IMG/VR virus record: IMGVR_UViG_3300032331_003094
Span: 1-64,000 of that record
Reading direction: 5' to 3' (one strand)
DNA from: a virus
Length of the DNA stretch: 64,000 nucleotides
A program made the translations under genes and the position numbers. The notes beneath the pieces were generated by a model that saw only the letters and a program-made list of their open reading frames with translations, did no database searches and was not told the origin of the DNA. Below, piece by piece: positions 19,236 to 28,130 of this stretch (positions within the stretch are counted from its first letter, which is position 1; each line of letters starts with the position of its first letter).

Positions 19236-19502
19236 TTACTGAGCAAAGCTTGCTAGGTTGCCAAATGGCGTATTTGGTAAATTCACTTCTGCTTGAAATA
19301 ATGCTTCAGGATTGTTTTGCAGAGCTAAAAACCTCTGAAACATGTCAGATTGTGGTTCATTGGCTGAGTCGTCTTTCATCTTATTTAATAAAGCAATGCG
19401 TTTTTTAAGTGTATAAACAGGGTTCGGCACCACATTGCCATAGAGATATTGACTGGCTTCACTGGGTGAATAAGAGTCTAGATAATCGATACGTGAAGAC
19501 AT
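19236..19502 (-). CDS. Hypothetical protein
   Basis: 88-aa ORF. Confidence 0.55.
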   Translation of the reverse strand: MSSRIDYLDSYSPSEASQYLYGNVVPNPVYTLKKRIALLNKMKDDSANEPQSDMFQRFLALQNNPEALFQAEVNLPNTPFGNLASFAQ

Positions 19503-19513
19503 TATTAAATTCC

Positions 19514-20242
19514 TCAGGCAATAGGTGACGAGCCAAGTCCAGACAAAATCCCCTCAGGGAATAAACTTTCAATTGCGCTACGTTTGTATTCATCTAGTAA
19601 ACTTTGTGCAATTGTCTGAGACGTAGACGGCTGTGTAACATCTTGTCCCAGTGCAGCCGATAATGTTTCGCCTACACCTGGCTGCTGTTCACCAGGTAAG
19701 GCAGATTGTAGCTGACCGGGCATAAGCTGTTTCCACCATTGCTTAGTTGGTGGTCTCTTAGTTTCATTGAAGAAAGTGTTTTCACTAAGGTCGGGTTTCG
19801 CACCATACTGCCTTAGTTGTTGCGGCGTTAAAAACCGTCTTTCTCCTTGAACAACAGCAGGAATTAAATTTGTCCCGTACTTAAGCAAATTACCTGTATC
19901 TTGTAGATACTTTGTACTACGAAAATCGGTGACACCACCAAGTTGGCTGGCAACATTTGCTAATTCTTGTTGGCCTTCTGGCGTGCTGTAATAAGCTTGT
20001 GCCTTAGCAATACCAGGATTTTTGGGATTAAAACCGCCACCTTGAAGAACAGCATATTGACCAGGATTAAGCCAGCTGCCACTAGATCCAAATACTGGAT
20101 TATGAAAACGATTAATTAAAGACGCCAGGGTTCCTGGCTTGACGCCACGTTGCGGATCATATGCTTCCCGCGAGCCCACATCAAATAGTTTGGGGAGAAG
20201 CGTAGAGGTTACGCCAAACATTGATGGGAGTTGTGGTGCCAT
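19514..20242 (-). CDS. Virion protein with a SleB/Hydrolase_2-like cell wall hydrolase domain
   Basis: REA...LASLINRF...PGQYA...GGVTDFRS; AAGGAG SD. Confidence 0.5.
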   Translation of the reverse strand: MAPQLPSMFGVTSTLLPKLFDVGSREAYDPQRGVKPGTLASLINRFHNPVFGSSGSWLNPGQYAVLQGGGFNPKNPGIAKAQAYYSTPEGQQELANVASQLGGVTDFRSTKYLQDTGNLLKYGTNLIPAVVQGERRFLTPQQLRQYGAKPDLSENTFFNETKRPPTKQWWKQLMPGQLQSALPGEQQPGVGETLSAALGQDVTQPSTSQTIAQSLLDEYKRSAIESLFPEGILSGLGSSPIA

Positions 20243-20255
20243 ACTGATGGTCTCC

Positions 20256-20372
20256 TTATGCTCCTACCCAGTTTGAATCAGCTTTGAGACCAGGGACAAA
20301 AACGGTTTGGCATGCAAGCACAAGCGTTAATTTGGTCAGGATGCTTTTAACAAACTTAGGGCAAAGAATCAT
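20256..20372 (-). CDS. 38-aa signal-peptide-like small ORF
   Basis: MILCPKFVKSILTKLTLVLACQTVFVPGLKADSNWVGA; its stop overlaps the SD of the next gene. Confidence 0.55.
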   Translation of the reverse strand: MILCPKFVKSILTKLTLVLACQTVFVPGLKADSNWVGA

Positions 20373-20390
20373 TGGTTTAATGCGGGAACA

Positions 20391-20457
20391 CTGGCCTCCA
20401 TGAATACAGAAGTATTCGTTATCCAGTAGGTGGACTTACCCACTGATGTGGTGCCAA
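20391..20457 (-). ncRNA. Three-way-junction structured leader RNA
   Basis: TGGCACCA/TGGAGGCCA closes hairpins CAGTGGGT/ACCTACTG and GAATAC/GTATTC; TAAAGT -10 just upstream. Confidence 0.45.
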
Positions 20458-20479
20458 GTAACTTTAGTTTACCAAAGGT

Positions 20480-21487
20480 TTATTTGAGGCCTTGTTGCAT
20501 GTATGCTTGCCGCAGGAATGCACTATCTTTGGCTACCTTGGCAAAGTCTGGTGCCGAGAAAAGCTGTTGGCCATACGATGCTTTGATCATACCTTCAGAT
20601 AAAGGTTGTTGTACGGCACCAGGATTGAAGACTTGGGGTGTTGTGGACACCATGCCAACACCTGGGATGGGAGTACCAAATGTCTGTTGGTAGTCCATGG
20701 TCATCGGTGTTGAGACCGCGCTAGTGGCATCAAATTGATTTGTGGGCATTGGTAAACCACCTAAGGGAGAACCGCCTGCATTAGACATGCCAGGAGCGGT
20801 GCGTGATTCTGCGTACCCCATTTGACCGGACTTAAGTTTAGCGGCCAGTAACGGATTAGTTTGCGCCCAGATTTCTAAACCAATGCGTTGTTTTTCAGCA
20901 GGGCTAGCGGCAGTGTTGTACTGCTTGGTTAAGTCAGCAACTTGATATTTTTGAAATAAAGGATTTTGTGCGGTTTGTTGAGCAATACGAGCTTTTTCTA
21001 CTTCGTAATTACGATCTAAAACTGCATTATCTCTTGTATTTTTTTGTGGAAAATATTTACTAACTGCTTGAGCACTTTGCACTAAATCTGCGCCCGTAAC
21101 AGGTTGGTTTGGATTAAATCCAGGGGGGTTGTATTGCTCCAGCCTTGTGCCACCTGCTGCTGTTGGTAAAGGGTTATGTCCACCTAAAAGCGAATTCATA
21201 AAACGCCCTGGAGCCGAAAGTGTTTCACCAACACGATCAGTAAAGAGTTGCCCTTGAGGAGTTTTGCGGAATCCGGTCCAGGCTTCGGCACCAGCTTGAA
21301 TTACAGGTGCTAAGACACTTGCGGTACCAAGACTGCCCAGAATACTACCAACTCCTCCAATACGGCTTACTGGTCTATTTGGAATTGCCCTTCCTGCAGG
21401 GCCAGACTGTGCTCTTAGTTGTTCCATGCGAATATCGTATGGCGTGGGAGCATTTCGACCGAATGTTACATTAGCCATTACCGCCAA
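20480..21487 (-). CDS. Virion (internal) protein
   Basis: 335-aa Q/G/P-rich ORF in the structural module. Confidence 0.55.
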   Translation of the reverse strand: MAVMANVTFGRNAPTPYDIRMEQLRAQSGPAGRAIPNRPVSRIGGVGSILGSLGTASVLAPVIQAGAEAWTGFRKTPQGQLFTDRVGETLSAPGRFMNSLLGGHNPLPTAAGGTRLEQYNPPGFNPNQPVTGADLVQSAQAVSKYFPQKNTRDNAVLDRNYEVEKARIAQQTAQNPLFQKYQVADLTKQYNTAASPAEKQRIGLEIWAQTNPLLAAKLKSGQMGYAESRTAPGMSNAGGSPLGGLPMPTNQFDATSAVSTPMTMDYQQTFGTPIPGVGMVSTTPQVFNPGAVQQPLSEGMIKASYGQQLFSAPDFAKVAKDSAFLRQAYMQQGLK

Positions 21488-21939
21488 ACCTCATGAAGAT
21501 AGATACGTGATCCGACTGCTGTGTCGGCTGGCCCAGGTAAGGCCTGGATAAATTCAGCACCAGAGCGTTCATACCGATAACGCGCCTGGTATTCGTCTTT
21601 GTAGTTAGGTACAAACAAGATACTGGCCAGACGATTGGTTTCGTACAAATAAATTTGATTCCAAACCTTTAATGCTTCTGCAGCATTGCTGGAACGGATT
21701 GTGCGATCAACGTCACCAATGATGCTTTCCAACCTGGTATTAGGGTTAGAAGCAACCTCTGTTTTCTTTTCGGCCGTATCACAACGACCGATTTGAATAA
21801 CAATCTTGTCGTAGAAGTACGAATCTGGGACGGTGTTTAATGCTTCTTCGAGCCGACTGTAATCGCCAGCTGGCACAGAAACAGTAAAGTACCCCAGGTG
21901 GTACCTGACCCTGCTTTTATCGAAGTCAGATAACTGCAC
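21478..21939 (-). CDS. Putative head completion/adaptor protein
   Basis: MQLSDFDKSRVRYHLGY helical N-terminus; lies downstream of the capsid genes. Confidence 0.5.
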   Translation of the reverse strand: MQLSDFDKSRVRYHLGYFTVSVPAGDYSRLEEALNTVPDSYFYDKIVIQIGRCDTAEKKTEVASNPNTRLESIIGDVDRTIRSSNAAEALKVWNQIYLYETNRLASILFVPNYKDEYQARYRYERSGAEFIQALPGPADTAVGSRIYLHEVWR

Positions 21940-21978
21940 TAACTTAAGACATTATTTTCAATTATAAGAGTTAGAAAC

Positions 21979-22686
21979 TCAACCCCAGATAGCCTTTGTA
22001 TATTCTTCCGGCAAACCTGTTGGTGTTTGTAATCCGGCACCTGGATTTAAAGCTTGGTTCAATAAAGAAGCAGTGACTTGCTCCTTCATTGCATCCAAGA
22101 AAGATTGAGGTTTTTTTGCTCGCTCTCTTGATTCCGCATTGTATTGTGTGCCATATAAAAATGCTTCAAGTAAATCTTGGGTTCTTTGATTTGCTTGATC
22201 GTAATTTTGTGGTGCATTAATTGGGGGTGTTTGACTTGCAGTGGCGCCCCCCAAAGATGCTAGGTGGCCAAGACCAATTTCATATTTGTTATCACCGGTT
22301 TTAAATGTACCAAGATTTCCGAATCCTCCTTGATTGGCAAGGGGTGTATAAGCCCCCTCTCCCACATATTTCAACTGTGTGCCAGCTGGCAATGCAAGAT
22401 CTTCTCCTTGGTGAAAAGTACTCGCACCAGCAGTTGGCGCAGAACGTCCACCAAATCCAGACGTGACTTGAATACCAGACTGTGGGTTGACTACAATTTT
22501 TCCAGATGCGTCTTTGATGAATGCAGGAATTTCCCCTTCACCAACACGTAATCCCATAAGGGGACTACGAATTGTACTTGGATTAATGTATTGATTTGTT
22601 GCTAAATCTTTAACGTACAAATGTGCATGGGGACCAGTAGCTGTCCCTGTTTGACCAACTGTACCTAAGAATGTTTTTGTTGCCAT
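21979..22686 (-). CDS. M23 family peptidase, circularly permuted
   Basis: GTVGQTGTATGPHAH at the N-terminus precedes VTSGFGGR...FHQGEDLA...GGFGN...GHL. Confidence 0.75.
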   Translation of the reverse strand: MATKTFLGTVGQTGTATGPHAHLYVKDLATNQYINPSTIRSPLMGLRVGEGEIPAFIKDASGKIVVNPQSGIQVTSGFGGRSAPTAGASTFHQGEDLALPAGTQLKYVGEGAYTPLANQGGFGNLGTFKTGDNKYEIGLGHLASLGGATASQTPPINAPQNYDQANQRTQDLLEAFLYGTQYNAESRERAKKPQSFLDAMKEQVTASLLNQALNPGAGLQTPTGLPEEYTKAIWG

Positions 22687-22716
22687 GTTCCTTTACCCTT
22701 ATCTGTATTTTAAAAT

Positions 22717-22740
22717 AAAAAACCCCGCATTTCTGCGGGG
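22717..22740 (-). terminator. Intrinsic terminator of the capsid operon
   Basis: CCCCGCA-GAAA-TGCGGGG-TTTTTT on the minus strand. Confidence 0.85.
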
Positions 22741-22763
22741 CAATAAAGGAGATGAGTTGGTAA

Positions 22764-23174
22764 CTAAACCCTGATCAAGTTAGCTGCCATAACGGCATCC
22801 CAATCAACACGTTTAATCCTTTTAAGCTGCTCAAGATTGTTAAACCTTTCACCCGATAATGACATCTGGAGATCTTTAATCTCACGGGCAGTCTTAAGAC
22901 CAATTCCCTTAATATGATCTGCGATCATCTGCGGAGTGGCACTATTGATATTTAAACGAGTATCGGGCGGAAAAACACGAGGTTCTTCTTTTGATGCTTT
23001 GTCCTTTACTTGAAGTGTTTGGACTTTTTTAGTCGCTACTTCATCAGGATTTAATTCAGATTTGTAAGCGGTAAAAAGGCGACCATCTTGGTCTTCGACC
23101 ATGAACCAGTCGCCATTATCAAACTCGCTAACAATTTTGACGCGTGCGCCAGTTTTTTTGTGCTGATAAAGCAT
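22764..23174 (-). CDS. Helix-hairpin-helix (ComEA-like) DNA-binding protein
   Basis: RLNINSAT...IKGIGLKTAREI...FNNLEQLKRIK. Confidence 0.8.
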   Translation of the reverse strand: MLYQHKKTGARVKIVSEFDNGDWFMVEDQDGRLFTAYKSELNPDEVATKKVQTLQVKDKASKEEPRVFPPDTRLNINSATPQMIADHIKGIGLKTAREIKDLQMSLSGERFNNLEQLKRIKRVDWDAVMAANLIRV

Positions 23175-23211
23175 AGGTACCAGGAGTTATCTGGTACCTA
23201 CTTTAGCCTAA

Positions 23212-24042
23212 TCAGCCGCTAGTGACGGTACGACCGGTCAGATATCCATCGATATCTTCATAGCCAGGAGCATCATCCGGACGGATGTAGCACACTTCGA
23301 CAACCAGGTAGCCAGTGCGGCCAGCAGCCACGTCAGCATCCGAGATGTACACACCACCAGAGGCAGTGGTGGCGTTAGCGGAACCCTTGGCAAACACGCC
23401 GAGAAGGGTGGAAGCAGTGGCTTGGTAATAAACGTTGGTATTGGTAACGCCAGTAGCGCCGGTAGCGGTAAGGAAAGGATCAGTACCGAAGGCTTGGCTA
23501 CCACCAGAGAAGTAAATCTTGGTGGATGCATCACCAGAGACCGTGGAGGTCAGGTTGGCCTGAATCACGTTTTCGCCAACGCCAGAAGCAGCAGTACCGG
23601 TGGCGGCAACAGCAGTACCGGTGTTGCGACCGAAGGAGATCACGTTACCAGTAGAAGCATAAACACCAGAGGCGGCACGGCCATCCCAACCAGAAGCCAC
23701 GGAAATCGCAGCGCGATACACGTAGGCAGCTTGGGTGGAGTTACCAGAGATCACCATACCGGTGATATCGGTGCGGGTGTCGTCATTCCGATAGGGGGAA
23801 GGAACGATCACGCTCATGTACTGACCGCTGGCGGTAGCGGAGCCAGATGCCCAGGTGATGGGCACATAACCACGTTGTTGGAAATAACGATAGCCAGGAA
23901 CAGCCAACACAGAAGTGGGGCCTGCTTTGGAGGCGTTATAGCTGGTACCACCTTGAGCAGTGGTATCAATATTTTTGTACCAACCGTTCAGGGGCTCTGC
24001 CCAGTTACCTGGGTAGATTTTTTTAGCAGACAAGTAAGTCAT
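23212..24042 (-). CDS. Minor capsid/decoration or other abundant structural protein
   Basis: Follows the capsid gene, strong GGAG SD, same C-ending codon bias as the capsid gene. Confidence 0.6.
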   Translation of the reverse strand: MTYLSAKKIYPGNWAEPLNGWYKNIDTTAQGGTSYNASKAGPTSVLAVPGYRYFQQRGYVPITWASGSATASGQYMSVIVPSPYRNDDTRTDITGMVISGNSTQAAYVYRAAISVASGWDGRAASGVYASTGNVISFGRNTGTAVAATGTAASGVGENVIQANLTSTVSGDASTKIYFSGGSQAFGTDPFLTATGATGVTNTNVYYQATASTLLGVFAKGSANATTASGGVYISDADVAAGRTGYLVVEVCYIRPDDAPGYEDIDGYLTGRTVTSG

Positions 24043-24073
24043 CTATTTCTCCTTGAGATTTTATTTATGGTTA

Positions 24074-26954
24074 TCAAACGATGCCGTCATCTTGGATGAA
24101 GCTAAAGCCGGTGGTAACGAAATCTTTGTTCAGGATTTCAAAACCAGCGTACAATTGCCAAATCAGGATGATGAAGCGGCTGAAGTCATCGTTGTTGTTG
24201 ATCAACACCTGGGCGTTAGGACCGCCGATGCCGACGCCGATGGCTTGGGGACCGAAGAAGTAACCTTGAGCAACTTCTTGGGTGGAGTAGTTGGAACCAC
24301 CGTCAAAAGATGCACTCAGGGTCTTGGTGGGGAAGTTGGTCGATTCGAAGAACTTCACACCTTCAAACTGCACGCCGGTAGGCATAACAGGTTCACCAGC
24401 CAGGAAATAACCTTGGCCAGCTTGGGGACCCATGTAGAAGCTGGAGTTGTTGGGCATCGCAGGGTTGCCCATGTACATCCCCTGACCGGGATTACCAGCG
24501 TAACGAGCGATCTCACGGAAGTCAGGATCACGCCGCAGGTGCAGCATGAAAGTAGGATCGCAGATGCAACGATACAGACCATCGGAATAGGTCGGCACGT
24601 TACGCTTGCGCAAGTCTTTAACAACGTTCAGTAAGTCAGTACGGACTTGGAACTGTTGAACTTGAGCACCATATTCAGTGGAAGTGTAGGAAACACGACC
24701 GGAAGAATCTTTAGCTTTGTTACCAGCGAAGTAGTAACCACCTTGGGTGGTAGAAGCTTGGCCATTGGCTTCAGCTTTGGACAGTTCGTCAATGAAGACG
24801 CGGTCACGCCACCGACGATAGTCATCCAGCAGGGTGAGGCTACCGATGGACTGGTGGAACATATTCAGGTTACCGGTATCCAGCAGCAGACGCTGGGCGG
24901 TAATCAGGGTTTCACGAGCAATCTTGAAGGTCGAAGGCTGGGTCGGATCGCCCGGGTCCGCAGGACCGGTGTATTCCTTAAGCACCACCAGGACTTTCTC
25001 CTTGGTGATGTTACGGCTATTGGCGGTACCGATGGTTTGGTCGGCAATACGCTCGCGGCTATCCTTCGTACCAGGGGTTCCCCAGAACTTGTACAGGTGT
25101 TATCCCAAAGGCTCTTTATCCTTTGGTTCTTACGGTTTATCATCCCGTAAGTTCAGACTATATCATCAAACAATTACTGATTGTTTGTCCTGCGCTCGTG
25201 CCCTCTTATCGTCTTCATCTGCAAAAGCAATGTTAAGACTCGCTGCGTATGTTTCAGAATTTTTAGTTCTGTTTTTATAACGCAGGGTCACTTTATTTTG
25301 TAACGTTGAGTGCATGTGGGGCTTTAGTAACGTTACAAAATCAGGCATCTCTCCACTTAATATTCTTAAACGATAGTGCGCTCTATCTAAATAGAGTTTT
25401 GGATTTACGTTGGCAATATCATGAATCCAAGAGGCAATTATTTTTGCTTCTTGTTCCATGCAGTAAGTAGCAAGTAGGCCAACATTGTTGGAACTAACCA
25501 CGCAACCGTCATCCATCCAAAAAACAGCTAACGCTTCCAGTCCTAAATCACATAAGTAATCTTTGGAAAAAAGTTTTTTACCTTTTGGATAAAACTGTTC
25601 CCTCAATGGAACCAGTAATTTACTGGTAACCATAGACTGGCAAGAATAATAAGTTTTCAAGGTGCGCTTATCGTAAACCTCTCTTGAATTTACTTTTCCG
25701 TTTGTACCAAGTTCTTGATTAATTTTGGTCATTTTCCACTCTAAAAACTGTTTTTGTTTTTGAGAGTGTGTAAAAGATAAGTAACAAGTGTTCTTACCTT
25801 TTGGATAACCTAAACACCCGTCGCCAAGAGTACAGGCTTTGGAAAAGGAGAGGCTCACTGTGTGACCAAGGGTAGTCGTTGGACCTTCCGACCATTTCTG
25901 GGCGGCTTGGCTGCTGATTGCCCAATGCTAACGCATCGAAGGGTTTCCAGCAATTCACAGGATTTAAAGACCGCTACAAACTCAACGGTCTAATTGAACG
26001 GTTTGACCAGGCTGGCGGGTGAAGTCGTGGACAACCACGGGCTCTACTGCCATTTCGGCAATGTAGGCGGGGTGGGGACGATAGAGTTCCGCACCCAAGA
26101 TTTTTGGAAAATCGTTCTCCTGGTCTCTAGTTTCTTAGAGGGGTGGACTATCTCTTCATCCCTGTGGGATGCCGGACGCTAAATCTGGTATTACGTAACA
26201 AGTGCGTGTTACACCCAGTAGTCTCTGCACGTTCCAATCACGGTCTTGATTGGCTTCGCTCAGGATTACCCTCGGCTTTACGTTAGGGCTTCCCTGAATT
26301 CATCCGGTTTGCACTCATCAATTGCTCGATGAGGTGACAACGTTGAGCGTTCAGTTGAGGCATGCTATGCTTTGGAAAAATGTTGATAAACAACATGGAA
26401 CCAAAACTTGTACCTGGGTTTGGTAACCTTTACTTAACGGAAGACGGTCGAGCTTTCAAGAAGAAACTTAATGAACAGGATCAAGAAGAACTTGAAGAAC
26501 TTCCTATTAGTTCGACCAGTGTTTATGACAGGGTTTCAGTTCTTGTAGATGGAAGAAAGAAACGCTTTCACTTACACGTGTTAATGGCAATTGCTTTTCT
26601 TGGGTTAGACCTAAGAGCCCATGGCAATCATAATTTTTCTCTTCAGGTAAATCATTTAGATAACAACAAGCGAAATAATCGACTTGATAATCTGGAAATC
26701 GTTACCAAACAAGAGAACTTAACGAAGGCTTGGGAATCTGGTTGTTACCAAAATAATGGTTTTGCCAGTAAAGGGAAACCGAAGAAGTCTTTAAGAAAGT
26801 TTTCTTCGGAAGACGTGATGCAAATTAAAGCTTTGAAGGAGGCTGGGCTTTCATATCGAAAGATTGCCGAAAAGTTCAACTGCAATCACGGAGCTATTTA
26901 CCAAATCCTAAAAGGGCATACCTACCAGGATCTGAACTAGCTATCAATAAACAC
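24074..26954 (-). CDS. Major capsid protein, three exons: 26954-26943, 26116-25985, 25093-24074 (387 aa)
   Basis: GGAGG SD plus GTG; splicing gives in-frame MFID|NDFPKILGAELYRPHPAY...GQTVQLDR|YKFWGTPG...; follows the scaffold gene. Confidence 0.9.
25094..25984 (-). mobile_element. Group I intron 2 in the capsid gene (891 nt)
   Basis: 5' exon ends in U (GACCGU) pairing with IGS GCGGUC; UUGUA pairs with 3' exon UACAA (P10); core AAUUGCUGGAAA, AAUCAGCAG, AACGACUA, GAUAUAGUC; ends in G. Confidence 0.92.
25166..25858 (-). CDS. Intron-encoded two-motif LAGLIDADG homing endonuclease
   Basis: ACTLGDGCL and LAVFWMDDG; lies between the two P7 strands (L8). Confidence 0.88.
   Translation of the reverse strand: MSLSFSKACTLGDGCLGYPKGKNTCYLSFTHSQKQKQFLEWKMTKINQELGTNGKVNSREVYDKRTLKTYYSCQSMVTSKLLVPLREQFYPKGKKLFSKDYLCDLGLEALAVFWMDDGCVVSSNNVGLLATYCMEQEAKIIASWIHDIANVNPKLYLDRAHYRLRILSGEMPDFVTLLKPHMHSTLQNKVTLRYKNRTKNSETYAASLNIAFADEDDKRARAQDKQSVIV
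26343..26371 (+). promoter_or_regulatory. Promoter for the antisense HNH gene inside intron 1
   Basis: TTGAGC-17 nt-TATGCT with an extended -10 TG; ATG 23 nt downstream. Confidence 0.55.
26395..26940 (+). CDS. HNH homing endonuclease with C-terminal HTH, antisense within intron 1
   Basis: HLHVLMAIAF...VNHLDNNKRNNRLDNLEIVT..EN; GLSYRKIAEKFNCNHGAIYQI. Confidence 0.88.
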   Translation: MEPKLVPGFGNLYLTEDGRAFKKKLNEQDQEELEELPISSTSVYDRVSVLVDGRKKRFHLHVLMAIAFLGLDLRAHGNHNFSLQVNHLDNNKRNNRLDNLEIVTKQENLTKAWESGCYQNNGFASKGKPKKSLRKFSSEDVMQIKALKEAGLSYRKIAEKFNCNHGAIYQILKGHTYQDLN

Positions 26955-27061
26955 TTTGGTTTATCCTCCAGTGTCTTGTTTTTATTCGGGTGAAAGAACG
27001 GACCGAAGTCCTTTCTTATCTAAAATTTTAGCAGTTGATAATTTATGTGTGAATACATACT

Positions 27062-27094
27062 AAAAACCAGGCAGTAAATAAATACCACCTGGTT
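27062..27094 (-). terminator. Probable terminator after the scaffold gene
   Basis: AAACCAGGTGGTA...TACTGCCTGGTTTTT. Confidence 0.55.
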
Positions 27095-27107
27095 TAAAGT
27101 TTGAATA

Positions 27108-28130
27108 TCACTCCATTACAAACAGTTTGTTTGCAACGGTTCCGGGTTGAGCTTGATTCAGAACACGCCAGGCGTTCTGGGGATCACGGTTCATCACTTC
27201 ACTGAAACTACCCCAGAAGTTTTCGGGTTGCTGGGGGCCAGCAGCGTTGGGGGGAGCCGGAAGATTGGCAATACCACCATTGATGGGCTGAGTGCGATAA
27301 CCACGGGATTCGAGGTCGGCTTCGCTTTCGTACACGGGGTACGGACCTTCAGGACCAAAGAAACGCAGCGTGTAATCGCTGAGAACATCAGGATTGGTCA
27401 GGATTTCGTTATAAGCCAGATTCTCTTGGTGCTCATTGACCGAGAAGCTGGCAAAACGTGCCATCACATCATTGGCTTGGGTGCCCCAGGCCACTGCGCT
27501 ATCCAGCATCCCTTCAAGTTGAAGGGCGTAATTATTTAGAATTGCCGGAGCTTCTACCCCGAACGCGTCGAACACCTGACGGCTTTCGTTGCTCAGGTTG
27601 TAGTAATCCGCGATTGCCCGGTCCGTTGCCAGGGCTTGCTCCTCCGACGAAAGCGTCGAAGAGGTTTGGGAATAGCTGGGAGAGTATGCCGGGTTGAGAT
27701 ATGAGGTCGGCATCCCCGATTGTTGCGTAGCTGGGGCGCTTGGAGTCCCAAAGTTGGCCGGGGCGTACTGAGGAGTCGTCGTCGACGGTTGACCCTGGAA
27801 GGGGGATTGGACTGGTGAGCTCAGCAGGCCCACTACCTTGTTGAACGCCGATTCCCAAGGGTTGCTCACTGGTGCTTCCGCTGGCGCCGCCACCGAATAG
27901 TTCGGTTGGGATTGGGGGGCGTACTGAATAGGGGCGGATTGGTAGCTGGTAGTCGCTTGAGGTATCGCTTGGGGGTAGCTGGTACCCACCTGATACGCCA
28001 CCGGAGCCGCCTGCTGGTAGCTCGGGGCTGGTGCTGCCACTGGTGCCGGAGCTGCCATCACGTAGCTGCTGGGTGCTACTGACGGTGCTTGGCTCGTCTG
28101 TGGGGTCGATTGGACGGTAGCGTCCTGCAT
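27108..28130 (-). CDS. Putative capsid scaffolding protein
   Basis: P/Q/A-rich N-terminus, position between portal and capsid, AAGGAG SD. Confidence 0.7.
   Translation of the reverse strand: MQDATVQSTPQTSQAPSVAPSSYVMAAPAPVAAPAPSYQQAAPVAYQVGTSYPQAIPQATTSYQSAPIQYAPQSQPNYSVAAPAEAPVSNPWESAFNKVVGLLSSPVQSPFQGQPSTTTPQYAPANFGTPSAPATQQSGMPTSYLNPAYSPSYSQTSSTLSSEEQALATDRAIADYYNLSNESRQVFDAFGVEAPAILNNYALQLEGMLDSAVAWGTQANDVMARFASFSVNEHQENLAYNEILTNPDVLSDYTLRFFGPEGPYPVYESEADLESRGYRTQPINGGIANLPAPPNAAGPQQPENFWGSFSEVMNRDPQNAWRVLNQAQPGTVANKLFVME

Larger units (their letters stand above)
26117..26942 (-). mobile_element. Group I intron 1 in the capsid gene (826 nt)
   Basis: Exon UGAU pairs with GUCA and 3' exon AACG pairs with CGUU (IGS CGUUGUCA, 26342-26335); core AAUUCAGGGAA, AAUCCUGAG, CAGAGACUA, AAGAGAUAGUCC; terminal G. 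Confidence 0.9.

Noticed and set aside
20391-20457. Hammerhead ribozyme or glutamine riboswitch
   Set aside because: CTGATG is followed by T rather than A, the GAAA core is misplaced, and I could not match the glnA/Downstream-peptide consensus
24074-24988. 304-aa ORF as the complete capsid gene
   Set aside because: It is part of exon 3; the frame continues to the splice site at 25093
23422-25280. Long plus-strand ORFs opposite the capsid genes
   Set aside because: Antisense shadows of strongly biased codon usage
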